From NCBI RefSeq assembly GCF_024521635.1, contig NW_026250417.1, positions 558,001 to 622,000 of the forward strand: a stretch of 64,000 nucleotides of DNA, in the 5' to 3' direction. The notes under the pieces were generated by a model. That model did no database searches and was not told the DNA's origin. It saw nothing but the letters and a program-made list of their open reading frames with translations. Position numbers and translations under genes: made by a program. Below, one piece after another: positions 25,882 through 39,178 of this stretch (position 1 is its first letter; each line of letters starts with the position of its first letter). The DNA is from Tricharina praecox. Its lineage: Eukaryota.

Positions 25882-27401
25882 CAGTCCTCCCGATAGTCCA
25901 GTCCGGACTGGACGGACTGCATCAATAATCCATAAAATTGGAGGACGGTTTGAATTCAGTCTGTCCCAAAGATTTGCCGCCTTGGACTGCAGTCGACAGC
26001 AGTCGACTGACAGACTGCCACTTTCTGAAATTTTTGGGTCGAACTACCTATGTGGCTGACGGGCATCTTTCCAGCGAGGTTCATGTGATGTATTCGCCCA
26101 GATCTCGCCAGAAAGGCGCTCGAATATTTGAGCATCCCGTCATGAGAGCAGATCCGGAACGAGTTTTTAGTGGGGCTACATAGAAGCACGCTCTCTCATT
26201 GTCGCGGATTAGCGATGAAAAGTGGAGAGAGGCGCATCAATGGTCACTGACCCGGATCAAAAAATCGGCGGTACGACACCAAGCAACCTCCCAAAAAGAC
26301 CCCGGATCCGCTCCCAGCAAATGCGCCAAAGAAGCTGGCCGCCCACCCGCTTCTACCAGCTGAAGATAGGGCACGCCATCACGGCAACCTACCGGAAGTG
26401 GATTAAGAAGCGGGATGATGACCATTGCTGGTGGTGCAACAGGCCTACCAAACAGTCCCGCGAGCACCTATTCGAAAACTGCTCACGGTGGAGAAGTCAA
26501 CAGAAAGCCTTGTGGGCAAAGGTCGGGAAGGAAACGGAGAGAAAGAAAGAGAGATGGTCGATAGCGGAGCTGTTCGCAGACGAGCGGTGTAGTGAGGCAA
26601 TCCTAGAGTTTCTGGGAACGACGGATGTGGGGAGGAAAGCACTAGCAGACCTGGACGAAAATGAGGAGGAGGCAAGCATCGCATCGGGGCAGAGAAAGAG
26701 TGCCCAGCAGGGTACTGTGTCTGCGGCCGGTGCGAGGAAGTAGGAGATGAGGATATGCGGTGATATCTTCTTGGAGCGGATAAGGCGGAAGACGGGGAGA
26801 GAGGCGAGGGGCAGCAGGAGGAGCGGTCATGTGGGCCCATACCAGTCTTTACTGTCAATAAATATACTTTTTGCTTGTGTCGGCCCGAGGCGGATGGGCA
26901 GGGGAAGTGGGGCGCCGCATCGGACTGGTCGGTACCGGGTCTTTCACCTCGCCTGGCCAGGGCGGACAGGAAACGGAGGTCGTGGGTTCGCCATAGTCTA
27001 GATAGGCTGCATGCGAAATAAAACCGGAAGATCTCTCTCTCTCTCATTGTCGCTATAGCATGGGTGACGACGCACTGAAGGCCCTAGAATATCCCAAAAG
27101 GTAGCAATGAGATGGTCTTTTAGCTGCTAAAAAGAGCGATATCAAGGGGATGGAGACTATGCTCAATGCACAGTGCGGGGAGGATCTACAATAGATGTAC
27201 TACAGACGTTTACAAAATGTTCATCACGTATTTCAAACATTTTCTATTCAAAGTACCAGTCCTTCCAGTCGACTGCAGTTCGTCCAGCCCTACCTGTTGC
27301 GCAGACTGTCCAGGCCAGTCCACGCCTCCTGCCGGACTAAACCTCTCAGCCCAGTCCGACTTTTGTCGAAAATGGACTCGACTGGACTATCGGAGGCACT
27401 G
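25882..27401 (+). mobile_element. Internally deleted hAT DNA transposon retaining a decayed C-terminal dimerisation domain
   Basis: TIRs CAGTCCTCCCGATAGTCCAGTC and (rc) CAGTGCCTCCGATAGTCCAGTC; perfect 8-bp TSD GAGGTGAA at 25874-25881 and 27402-27409. Frameshifted peptides PDLARKALEYLSIP, MRADPERVFSGA and TLSHCRYSMGDDALKALEYPKR*Q*DG span 26098-27116 and match the hAT dimerisation motif. Confidence 0.9.
26206..27038 (+). mobile_element. 5'-truncated non-LTR retrotransposon (Tad1/I-like LINE 3' end)
   Basis: ORF 26222-26743 has RFYQLKIGHA..CWWC..QSREHLFENC..LFADERC, a C-terminal zinc-knuckle region. AATAAA and a (TC)n tail follow. Perfect 15-bp TSD CTCTCTCATTGTCGC at 26191-26205 and 27039-27053. 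Confidence 0.9.
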
Positions 27402-27836
27402 GAGGTGAACAGAGGGTTTGGCAGTCCAGTATACTCGGCCATAAGTCCGAATACTTGGCTTCACCAGGTCTTTAATAGTGGACACATTGTAGCCCCGCTT
27501 GTCGGACGGTATGCAGCCGGTACGTAGAACGGGACGATGGGGGGATGAGTTGGTGATGTTTAGGCGGGCAAACGATTGATTGGTGATGGTCTCTGTACAG
27601 GTAGAAGGTCCACAAGAGAGTCCCACCGCTACGCTCCTCGTCCCCCCACCATTAGCCTAGAAGCCGCTGACAAACTGATGTAAAGCTCCACAACGAGGAG
27701 TCCATAGTTGAAGTTAAAATGCGGTACACTCAGTTTTTGTGCCATCCAAACAGGGTTACAGTTTTGTTCGCTCGGTTTCTCGAAAAACTGACAGTTTTCG
27801 CTAAAACTGAGGCCATCCAGGTACGGGCCCCAAGTC

Positions 27837-28350
27837 TTTTTTTTATTTTATTGTTCATTCATTAATTGTATGCGATCTATCTAGATCATGGTAATATCTA
27901 CCCGTTCACCTCTCCGTTTCCTCCCCACTGTCTAAACCAACTTCCACTCCCTCGACTCGTCCCTGCCTCACCGCATGTAACTAGCCCTCGTCACTGCCTC
28001 CTGCCTCTTCATCGGGATATTCCATGAAGGAAGGTGTGGGGGGAACAGCGGGAGTGATCCCGATTCATCAACCTCAGCACCCTCCTCTTCCTCCTCCTCC
28101 TCTCGCCTCAGGTCTGGCTCCTTTTCCTCCCGCTCCCTGAGCTTCCACCTGGATACCTCACTCGCTGAATCTTCCTCCGTGGCCTCTGGAATCCGTCTGC
28201 CCACATCAGTGGAAGAGAGGAACTCTAGGATGGCCTTACTGCACCGCTCATCTGCGAAGCGGTCCGTATTTTCAAGCGGTCTTTGCCCCCTCCTTGTCTA
28301 CTTCTGGATTTCTGCCCATAATGTCTTTTTCCGACTTTTCCATTCAGGCC
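27837..28350 (-). mobile_element. Second, more decayed LINE 3' remnant related to the first (5' limit approximate)
   Basis: The minus strand reads PEWKSRKKTLWAEIQK*..FADERCSKAILEFLSSTDVGRR, homologous to ORF 26222. It has a stop and a frameshift and ends in an A-rich tail (T-run from 27837 on +). Confidence 0.8.
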
Positions 28351-28629
28351 GAAATGCACCGAATCGGTTTTCCGCCTCCCATTGACCTTGCCTATTTATG
28401 GGTGAGAATGGATGATCAAGGCAGGGTAACTGCAAGCCGGCGGGGGATATGTAGCACATGGGTCAGAGGAGCCGCATGCACGCACAGACATCCAGCCCAC
28501 CACTAGTAATCCACGCCGACCTTAATCCATCCTCCGCCATCTCGAACAACACCATTCACACTGCTCCTTCCATCTCTATTCATCAACCCACGTCTACAGA
28601 AAGTTATCGGACGTACAGGACGCTACAAC

Positions 28630-31600
28630 ATGGCAGCCGCCCCGGATGAGGCCAAGGAGCTTCGTCTCGTCGACAATGTCGAGCTCAAAATTGCCCTTGC
28701 CGACTCGGATGCGAAGCTTCAGAAGCTATTGAACCTGTATCTACCACCGCTTCTGATGAAACTAAGCTCACCACACGAGTCCGTCCGGAACAAGGTTAGC
28801 ATCCGCCTCGTGTAGCTCTCTGAAACGAAACACTCGAGCTTGTCGAAACGGTTGCTGACGTATTCCCTCTCTTGTCGCTAGGTCGTTGCCGTGTGCGCTC
28901 ACGTCAACACCCGTATCAAGCCGTCCAATTTCCTCCTTCCTGTGCACGCCCTCCTCGAACAGTTCAAAGACCCCGCTATTGGCGGCAGCTATCCGCTGAT
29001 ACGAAACTTCGATTTGATGTACATCACAACAGGTGTTGAGCGCATGCCTGTTGCCGAGCGGATAGCCCTGCTCCCTACTCTGGTGCGAGGGATATCCAAG
29101 CACGGCAGTGGCCATCATCAACGCACCCTATTCAACGTCCTACTCCGCCTCCTGCAACACTTTGAGCCACCGCCGCGAGGTTCCTCTGTGGATACGGCAT
29201 TGCGAGAGCAGATGTTTCCGGATAACGAGACGCAGGATTCCGAGTGGCTTGCTACCTGGTTCGCTAAATTGATGCTGCTAAGTCTGAACATATTCAATCA
29301 GGCCGACAAATCATGTCCCGGCCTATCCAATGCGGATGTGGATTTCTTGACCATGGACAAGAAGAAAGAGACATTTACTCCGATATCGGTGTTGGCTGAG
29401 ATCAAGGTCGCTGTGCTCAAGTTCATCGCTTCTGGAGCATTCCTGGACAAGGAACGCTACCTTGTTGCTCTCACCGCTTCAACTGATACGAATTCGGCAG
29501 TGGGGGACCCTGCTGACGATGTTTACAAACGTGCCATGGCGTCTATATCACTCGAGGACGGAGGAGTCATCGCAGAGCTTTATGGGTTGCTTCTCGGTCG
29601 CCCGGGAGTACCGCCTGTAAAACTAACCTTGCAAACCAAGATCCTTGGGTTGCTCTGCAAGTCTCAAAAGGCCGCAGAAGAATCCAGAAAACCCGAGATT
29701 GAGAGGATATTGGACATTGGATTGCAGACGACGTATCCACGACTGCGGCAAGCAGTGTTCAGTTTCATGGCTTGGGTTTCCCGCATGGGAGACAGCGACT
29801 TGACGGATTCATTGGCACCTGGTGTGATAGAAAAACTCCGAAACTGGTTATTGGAGGACACTGCGGCCTCGGATGAGCTCAGGGGATATGCCTATGAGAC
29901 ACTCGCATCGCTTGCTTCGCAATGTATCCACCTTGTGCTGGAACCGGAGTTGGACATCGTTCGCTTCATGTTCCGGCAACTGAGAGACGACCGTGGAGGT
30001 GTCGCTATAACCATCGAGGGTGCTCTTGGTGTGATACTTACGGGAATTGCGAAAAAGAATCTCGAGGGACCGGTGAAAACCTCCATGGAGGATATGCTCC
30101 TGGACATCATAATCGAGGAAAGGCGAGGGACAGGACAAGCGGTCAAGTGGGCAGGCAGGTTGCTAAGTTTCGGGAGTGTCGTGGGCAGATGGGTGGGTGC
30201 TCTAAGCCTTGGAATGGGTGGAACCATCGCCGAGGAGGGCGGAAAGGGTGGGTGCAATCTCAGTAAAATCAAAGCATTTTTTCCGCTCCCACAACGCTGC
30301 CACTTGTCATGATGACGATCGTTATGAATGAATGAATTGTGCGTGAAGTTGACACTTGCGTAGCCCTTCACCCTTACCATTATCGCCTGGTGAACCCCGA
30401 AGCCTCCATTCAAGCGATCAAGAATGCCGTCGAGTCGGAGGAAATGGATGTCGATGTGCCTGCTGGTGAAAATAAGTTCGACTTTCCTCGATTCGCAGAT
30501 TTGGTCACGTACTTCTTTACAGCCCATCATACACTGCCGGCGTCGTTTGGGGGAGGTGGAAATCTGATCGCTGGAAAGCTCCCACCGAAGCCCTTCGCTG
30601 CTGTTTTGGCATTCACGAAACGGATCACCATCTGGGAAGCACTCGGTCAGCAGCAGCTGGACATCAAAATCGACGAGGACTGGGATCGTAACGTGGACAC
30701 CATCATCGACACCGACGAATCGGCTCGTACCCAGGTGGAGGATTTCTTACGACAGCAGGATGCGGGCGTCGTCACAACTTTCCTCGATGTGGCGTGGGAA
30801 GGAATACTCTACGACGGCGAGGGCGTGGATATTATCAAGAACATCTGGACTGACCTCGCTGTTCTGGTTCCCCCCTCGATCTTGGGACGCTACACTAGCA
30901 ATCTCCCGGCGGCATGGAAATTACTCACCGTCCCGAAGGCGGAGACTCGGCGTGTCGCTGCGATGGCCGTTGGACTGCTCGGAAGCCATCCTGCAGTGCC
31001 TGAGGCGACTCTCGCGAAACTGGTCGAGGATCTAGTGGCAGGGATCGAGGACAAGAAGAGCGGCGCGATTGGCGCATTTGCGATACTCCTGTCTAGGATG
31101 AAGATGCGGGGACGATTGGACTGCGTGAGCAGCGATCTCATCCAAAAGGGTGTCCGCGGCATCGCGGCGACGCTCGTGGACTCACGGGATGCATCATTGG
31201 TCGAGACCGCTATCGAGGCCATGGGCGAGTTGGCGGTCATGACTAATGTCAATGAAGACATGCCTGAAGTTGAAAAAGTTCAGAAGTCCCTGCTGGAGAA
31301 GGCGAAGCGTGGACACGAGAAGGCCGTCCAAACGCTGGGTTACATAGCGTTCTTGTACCCCGAGGACTCCCCGAAGGCCGACGAGATCACTGCCGAGTTG
31401 ATCAAACTCGGAGAGAACGGAGGCGTTGAGATGGCATTCGTCGCCGGTGAGGCGTTGGCAAATGCATCTGCCGGCTGGGGCAGCAGTGCTGTACGACGCG
31501 GCAGGAAGATTGCCGGAATAGAGTGGACCGAGGGGAGACGGGGCGGTGTGCGCAAGCTACTCGATCAATTCCTGAAGAGGGCGCAAGAGGCCGGTGGTGG

Positions 31601-34600
31601 TGGTAAGCGCAGGACTACGGTCGTTGGCTTGCTCAGCGCCTTCGAGTTTTGTAGCGAAGATGAGGCCGTTAAGGAGAGGCTGGGTGATGCACAACAGGCC
31701 TTCAGAACTTTCCTGACGGATAGAGACGGTACGTTCATTTCCCAGTCTTGAGATCGGACCGTTTCTAATCATTTGTGGTAGATTTCATTCAGGAAACCGC
31801 CGCCCGGGGTCTCACGGCCGTCTACAGTCTCTCGGATGAGGAGACGCAGCAGGATCTTGTGCGGTCACTCGTATCATCTTTCACCGGAGAGACGAAGCAG
31901 AAAATACAGGTTTCCCGTGACACGCAGCTCTTCGAGCCTGGCCAGCTACCTACCGGGGATGGCTCAAGCGTGGGATCGTATGGAGATATCATGGTAAGGC
32001 ACCTCTTTCGAACTTTCACTATGACTGCTTTTCGTTTCGAGTCTAGTCACCCGAACCATATTACCTTGAGTTAAAAGCTGACACACCCAATCTTTATTCA
32101 GTCACTCGCAGCAGAGCTTGGTGATCCTAGCCTCGTCTATAAGTTCATGACACTGGCCCGCCATAATTCCGTGTGGGCATCACGAGCAGCATTCGGACGA
32201 TTCGGCCTGGGCAAAATCCTTTCCAGTTCAACAGAAGTCAAAGACAACGAAAAGCTATGGCCGGTCCTTTACAGGTACCGCTTCGATCCATCATCGGGAG
32301 TGCGCCAGAGCATGAACGCGATTTGGCAAGCACTCGGTGGCGGACCGGAAACTGTCGAGCGATGGTGGGAAAACATCTTACGTGAGTGTCTCAGCGGTGC
32401 TGTTCGGGGGAGTGAATGGAGAGTGCGAGAAGCCAGTATCGCTGCTCTTGCGGATCTTCTCAGCGGCAGGAAGGTCTCCCAATATAAAGGTTACCTTCAG
32501 GAAATCTGGAAAATCGCCTTCAAGGTTTTGGACGATGTCAAGGAGAGCGTACGCTTGGCTGCCATGAAGCTCTGCAAAGTGCTCACTACTGGAATGGTTA
32601 GAGCCATGGAGGGGGGTGTTCGTCCGAAGGAAAACGCTGAGATTCTGGCGATCCTGATGGAGTTCTTAATGGGACGACAAGGTTTTGAGGCGGAGGCGAA
32701 GGACGTGCAGTTGTTCGCTATGAGTAAGTCGCCTGGCCTGATATATCTTCCTCATGACATGTGGACATAAAGGCTGAGTTCTGGGTTTCTAGGTACGTTG
32801 TTGCAGGTCATCAAGAGCGCCGGCGAACAGCTTAGGCCATGGATCCCTGACATCGTCGAAAAGATGCTTGTTCTGCTGGCCGATCTGGAGCCAGAGGCAG
32901 TCAACTATCTGATCATGAACGCAGATAAATATAACACCACTGGAGAAGAGGTATTTTGCTGAGAATTTTACCCCGTAACTTCACGGAATTTACAACTGAC
33001 TATCGCGAAGATTGACCGAATCCGATTAAACTCGATTAGGGCATCTCCAATCATGTCGGCAATCGAAGACCTCTTGGACAAACTGGATGGCCCAAGCACG
33101 GCGAAGCTTATCCCACAGCTGACGAAAGCGATCCGTACATCCTTGAGCTTGCCTTCGAAAGTGGGGTGTAGCAGAGTGGTAGTGAATCTTGTCATGAGAC
33201 ACCCGGTCCTATTCAAACCATATGCAGACGAAGTGGCGAAGGTTTTGCTTGCGGCAGTCAAAGACCGCAGTGAAGTAGTCTCGAGGGGATACGCCGTTGC
33301 AATTGGATATGCATGCCGGATTGCCGCTGACAAAGGGATTTTGAAAATCGTTGAGTGGGCGAAAAAGAACTACTGGGAAGGAGAGGAACGGGAGAGAAGA
33401 GCTTCTGGCGCGGTTCTTGCGGCAGTGTATAAACAGTACGTTCCAAATTTCCTGTCTACAAGTGGTATGCATGCTGACTTTCCCTTCCCTTCGCGATAAG
33501 TGCCACTGACCGGGCAAACGAACTGGCGGTGGAAATTCTGCCGTTCATTTTCTGCGCCAAGAACGACACCGATGAATCGGTCAGCGAGGAGTTCGGCAAA
33601 ACATGGACGGAGAATACCGGCGGCTCCGGCGCTGTAAAGCTCTACTTGGCAGAGATTGTACAGCTCAGCACAACAAACATCACGTCGGCTCGGTGGTCAA
33701 CAAGACAGACGTGCGCCTTTGCGCTTGCGGAAGCGGCTAAATCCATTTGTGAGTTTACCCATCTATCTCTAGTACGTTTTGGTGGGGAGAGGAGGGCGGA
33801 GGGAATCTACGCTTTTGGTCCGCCAATGCCAAATTCTCATGGAGCTCGGGACCACTCACTTTGGGGATTACGTCTGATAGGGAAATTTCTGACGGTGATA
33901 CTTTATAGCGCGCGATGTTACCCTTTCACAGCTCCAAGTGCTATGGCCTGCACTTGTGGTCGCTGTTGCTGGCAAGAGCTGGGAAGGTAAGGAGAAGGTT
34001 CTCGAGGCCTTCGTTTCCTTTGCCGTGGATGCGAAACAAAGTCTGGGTGGTGACGATAAAAAGCTTAAGGAGCTTGAGCAGGTGAGTTAATGCACCTCCC
34101 CTAGGAGATAGTCTTCGCGATCATTGCTGACGATTTTTTTAAGGTTGTCATACGAGAGGCCAAGCGGAATAACCATGCTTACCGTGGACCGGCAATCAAA
34201 TGTCTCGGGATATTTGCCGACGGTTTCGAAACACTTGATCTATTCGACAAGACGTATGACATTGTCGATTCTGCCATCGCGCCTTCCGATGAGGATGAGA
34301 TGGATGTTGACGGCGCGGATGGAAAGTCGGCCAAGGAATTGTGAGCACTTTTGAGATGGAAATCATTTACTAGTGCAATACTAACACGCTTTCAGGGCCC
34401 ACGGTTTAGCCGTGAACGGGGTGAAGGCAGTATCCCAAGCTTTCCGGCCAGGCATAATACAAGATGGTATGTTACGTCGTCTATCTTCCGAGGACATCTT
34501 AATACTGATCTCTTTCTTATAGAACGACGAGTGCTGGAACAAGTCTCACGTGTCGTGGGGATGCTCGAGAAACATATCACCGGGACCAACATCGAGCTAA

Positions 34601-34944
34601 AAACATGTGGTATCGACTCCGTGACATTGGTCATTCAACGCCTCGCACAGTCCCAAATGAAACTGAAAGACAACACATGGACACCAATCCTTGGGAGAGT
34701 CTGGAACCGGATCTTCGAGCATGGAAACGATCTTGGATTTGAAGCTGGGCGTGTCAAGGCTGCCTCGTCTCTGGAGTACTTCACGACTGTTCTCAAGCGG
34801 CACAAGCGGGCGATGGACACGCCAGATTGCCGCGAGTTTGTGGGGAAGGTTCATGCAGATGTAAAAAAGACCCTTGACAACGAGAAGTCACCGGTGGTTT
34901 TGCGGGTTCTGAATCCTACTGCGGTTCTTCTTCTTGGTGCATAG
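28630..34944 (+). CDS. ECM29: Proteasome adaptor Ecm29 (HEAT repeats), about 1807 aa; exons 28630-28794, 28882-30247, 30364-31728, 31782-31993, 32102-32723, 32793-32950, 33011-33435, 33501-33748, 33909-34081, 34144-34340, 34396-34466, 34523-34944
   Basis: N-terminal ELRLVDNVELKIALADSD..YLPPLLMKLSS, then DFIQETAARGL, LVYKFMTLA, LYRYRFDP, WRVREAS, LDDVKESVR and GKSWEGKE. All 11 introns are GT-AG and frame-consistent. Confidence 0.95.
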
Positions 34945-35614
34945 CATATGGGTTCCGTGTAGTTGGGCAGTAACTCTAGAATTCTTTAAAAGCTGGAGTC
35001 AGGCCTTTTAACTTTGCGTCATAAGCTGCCGCGCGTCCCCAGCCTGGGAATGGTATTTTGGTTCGACACGTTGTGAGGTGGATTCCTTTACTTTATATAA
35101 TGTAATTACATGACTAGAATTGTGGGAATCTCGCAGCGAGAAGCTCTAAATCAAAACCCGCCCTTCCACTCCTTGCTAGTCCCTTCCAACTCACTCCTTC
35201 GCTTTTGAAACTCAATTGTATCTGCCTAACTTTTCTCCAACATCTATAAAATAACTAACTCCTCATGTTTTACTCTTCATGCACCTCGTTCACCTGCGAA
35301 TTACCCCTGCATCTTCGGTTCCACGGGCTTCAACTTTCGATTCCACGGGCTTGGCCTTTCGATGCCCACCATAGGCCCGAAAAAGGGCCCCAGAATCAAT
35401 CGAACGCATGGAAATAGATCCTCGGAACCACTTCATATTATTATTCTACTATTATTTCTACCCGATACGCTTGTACCGGTGAAGAGAAATACTTGTAGGC
35501 GGTACGAAACAGTACGTCGTGGGAAGCGGAGGTATATATACTGTTGTCCGGAAGATGCTGCTTTACTGCTAATACTGAGTATCACTTAGGGGGCGACAGA
35601 GGAGCTTCAGTGGC

Positions 35615-38233
35615 ATGGCCAGTCCATTTCTGCACACAAACAAATCCGATCAGAAAGAAGTCAATCCGTCAAAGGCCCGGATCCCAAAGCTGATGCCAAT
35701 CGCCCCAAAGAACGTACAAGAGCAAGCAGCTTACAGGATACTGCCGGCTAATCACCTCGAACAGCTCTCTGGCAACATCGCCGTCTCCTCGCCCTCGAAG
35801 GGCCGGCTGCCCCCGAGATCACGGAGCGGCTGTTGGTAAGCCATCACCCTATCCTCTTAACAGCAGCAATATCCCGGAGTATGCAAATAAGATAACGAAA
35901 TCACAGGACTTGTCGGGTACCCTTTCCTCCGCTTACTCGTCGTTTTTGTATAGGTAGCGTTCCATTTGGTGCAGGTGCAAATGCTGATATGCAACACCGG
36001 TTTAGACTCGGAAGGTCAAATGCGACGAGAAGCGCCCCAAGTGCGGTGTAGGTGCGACCCCAGCAGATGGCAAGTCGGCTTGCTCATCCTTGATTCCTGG
36101 ACTAGCAATGTGCTAGGCTTCAGCATAGGTGCGACTACAGTCCTCGGATTTCCTTCAGGGACGACACAAGGAGAATTATGGGACGGATGCCTGATGTTTC
36201 TACGCAGGGAAGCATTGTGTGGGATCGTAAGTACATGGGGCCTCCTCATGATTTACTTTACCAACTAACCTCGAAGCTCAAACATCCTACGAGAGAGCAC
36301 GAGATTTCGTTTACCCACCGCCACCAGACAGCCATGCTCTTCCCCGGTTCGCAGACCTGACTAACGACATCGACCGAGAGATGAAGGCCATCACGAGGAA
36401 GCCCGGCACCTACCATCTTATATGCAACCCGGACAGCTTTCAGGACGAGGAGGACGACCCAGGAGGCAGTGGCGGCGACGGGGGCGGCGGGAACTATGTC
36501 ATCTCCGCTACCCCCATGGCCGAGGTCGATCCACCCATCCTCAAAGCCGAAGAGTTGGATATCCACTCCGACATGGCGTGGGATTCGGTACTCAACCTGC
36601 TATCCCCTCCCAACCCCGATGACCCAGAAATCGTAATACTGCGAAAATTCGAAGAGCCGACACAAGTCCGGCGAAACAGCATGCCCGTCAATACGCCGAA
36701 AACCGGCGAACCGAGTGAGTTCAGCCAGCCGAACGGATGTTCAGCTAATCCAGTGGAGAAGTGTCCGCTGCGAGTCATCGATTGGATGCATTGTATCGAT
36801 GACAGTGACCTTGTAGCCGGAAACCTAGAGTATCATCGCCGTTTTATTGCCCCAAAGCTCCTACGAATGCACGACGCGAGACTCCATCCAAAGAGCACCA
36901 CGACTTTCCCGGGAGGCCTCGATTTGGATCCCTTCGAAAGCGAAAGCGTTAAATTCCCTCCTGTTAGTTCGCGGGACGTCGTCCCATTCGTCCCTATTTA
37001 GTGGCAGATGAACTAATCTGTTAGTGTACAGCTTTTTCATGCTATTCTTGCAGTGTCTGTCATGAGTTCGTGCCATAGAAAAGGATATTTTACTCTTGAC
37101 GCCCTCCAGCACTACAAACAAGCGCTTCCGACCCTCCAAATAGGCCTCAAGAACACCATCGATCTCTGTGCCGACGGCACAATGTTCACCCATTTCTTAC
37201 TCTTACTCTATCAGATCTTGGCTGCCGAACAATGGTATGAGTGCATGTGGGAAGAACATCTCACCCAACTTCGCCACATTATGAGCGCTCGGTCGGATGC
37301 GTTCGGCAAGGAGTCGTTTCCTTACTTTGTGTGGTGCCTCGTCATTATCGATACCTACGCTGTGCTCTCCGCTGGAGGAACCGGTAAACTCATCAACTGG
37401 CTGAGCGAGCAGGGATTCATGCCGGATCCGAAGCACATAGTCGAGTCGTTGGTCCTCACAGAATCCCCCGATATAGTCGATCTCTTCCAGGAGGTGCTGG
37501 AACTCGCGCAGAAGGTGGTGGTGCAGGCGGTAAAGCTGGGGCAACTCTCCAACAAGATGCGGGATCCGACACCGGACCCGACCAAGGTCTATGGTGAGGG
37601 TGAATGCTGTCGGATGGTCTACCAGCTGAAAGACATGTGGCAGGCTGAGCAACCTAAGGTGCATGGAATGATTAATTCTGCCGTCTTGACGGGTGCGTAT
37701 GCTGCTGCTTCTGCTGGTGGTTCACGTGTCGTGCTGGTGATACAGGAGACATATCAACATGTATGTTTCCCGCTCCCGACGTTTCCATGCTTCCGTTCAT
37801 TGACGCCAGGTAGGCGTGTGCGCTATACAACACGGTCGTGATCTTCGGCTTCACCTCGGTCTTCCCCAACCAGCGCACCGCCCTCACGAACGAGAAGGTT
37901 GAGGAGATACTCTCGTCAATAACCGCCATCGTCAATCAAGCCGCAACACTAGCGTCAGGCGAAGACCCCTCGCACATTCTCACCGTGAACCACAGATACA
38001 TGCTTTTCCCTCTCTTCCTCGCCGGGATAGAGTCTCGCGAGATGCATATAAAGCAGTGGGTTGCCGACACCTTCGCGGAGTTCGAGAAGACCAGCGTCGG
38101 CCGGAACGTCGAGGTCGTCAACCAGACGTTGCTTGAAGTCTACGATCGCCAGCAAGTCGGCGGTCCAACGGTGGATTGGATGGAATATATGGCCGAAAAG
38201 CTGGGACGCCGGCTTTTCATCTATGACATATAA
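35615..38233 (+). CDS. Zn(II)2Cys6 transcription factor with a fungal-specific C-terminal TF domain, about 742 aa; exons 35615-35835, 35907-35916, 36006-36047, 36106-36226, 36277-36962, 37032-37760, 37814-38233
   Basis: Splicing rebuilds [35 protein letters not shown]. Later motifs are LFHAILAVS, ALQHYKQAL, THFLLLLYQI and LFPLFLAGIE. The start codon is less certain. Confidence 0.92.
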
Positions 38234-38991
38234 GTGGTGTATGTTAAAAAATTTAATTTTTCTTGCGTGTTGTGTTTTTCCCCCTGTTTTTCAACACTCT
38301 CCGTCGGGGATTCAACTCCCGTGAAAACTTGATGTTTTGTTTTCATTTTCCTGTTCTTTTTCTTTTCTTGCGTTCTATGTTTTTTCCCCTGTTTTTTTTT
38401 CTTTTTCTTTCTTTTTTTTTCTTTTTCTGTGCTGTTTAGATGAATCGACCGCCGCACCTGCATTTCTGTTGATGCGATCAATCTACCAGAGTTCGCCGCA
38501 CTCTTGAGTCGGGTTGTTCGTGAAGTGGGGCACCTTCGTGCTGGTACCTACTTTTTTCTACTAGAGCTACCCGCGCTCTTAAGTCGGGTTCGTGATAGGA
38601 AGCACATTGTGCTGGTACCTACTTTTTTTTTGTCTAATCAGTAATTGCATGCGACCTACCTATCTACTCACGAGGCCGGAAATTTAGGTACCCCCCTCCA
38701 CCTCCACCAGCTGCAGGTTATCATCTGAAATCGGATCTGTGATTGAGGATGAGCAGTTACCCTATCCCTTAGATCGTTAAAAATATTTCACCGCAACGGG
38801 GGGCAAGTGGGGGACACAGGGGGTAGTCCGAGTTTGGTTACTAGCAAGTAACCGCTCATCAACCGGCTGAAGAAGGCTGGCTTGTGGTGCGGGCATAGGT
38901 GGTGCGGCGGCGGCGAGGGATCTCTTAGTCGGCCGCACAGTCACCTCTCCATACCACTTGACATCAGCCCGACATCATAACCTACACACTA

Positions 38992-39172
38992 CAGTAGCAA
39001 AAAGTGGGGTGCGATTACTACCTGAAAAATACCGCGGTTATTTGAATACCGAAGAACTACCAGGTTTTTACTTCACCCGTAGTTTTGGTTAAGTAAAAAC
39101 CTAGTAGTTCTTCGGTATTCAAATGACCGCGGTATTCACCCCGTATCAATCGCACTCTACTTTTTGCTACTG
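38992..39172. mobile_element. Foldback MITE (Tc1/mariner-type, TA TSD)
   Basis: TA|CAGTAGCAAAAAGT...ACTTTTTGCTACTG|TA. Internal arms AATACCGCGGTTATTTGAATACCGAAGAACTAC and GTAGTTCTTCGGTATTCAAATGACCGCGGTATT make almost the whole element a hairpin. Confidence 0.85.
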
Positions 39173-39178
39173 TACCTA

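Larger units (their letters stand above)
25806..27830. mobile_element. Non-autonomous PIF/Harbinger (Tourist-like) element, outer layer of the nest
   Basis: Left end GGGCCCGTTTGGATGGCCTCGGTTTT; reverse complement of right end GGGCCCGTACCTGGATGGCCTCAGTTTT. CAA flanks both sides (25803-25805, 27831-27833). An extra TIR-like GCCATCCAAACAGGG followed by TTA lies at 27741-27758. Confidence 0.7.
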
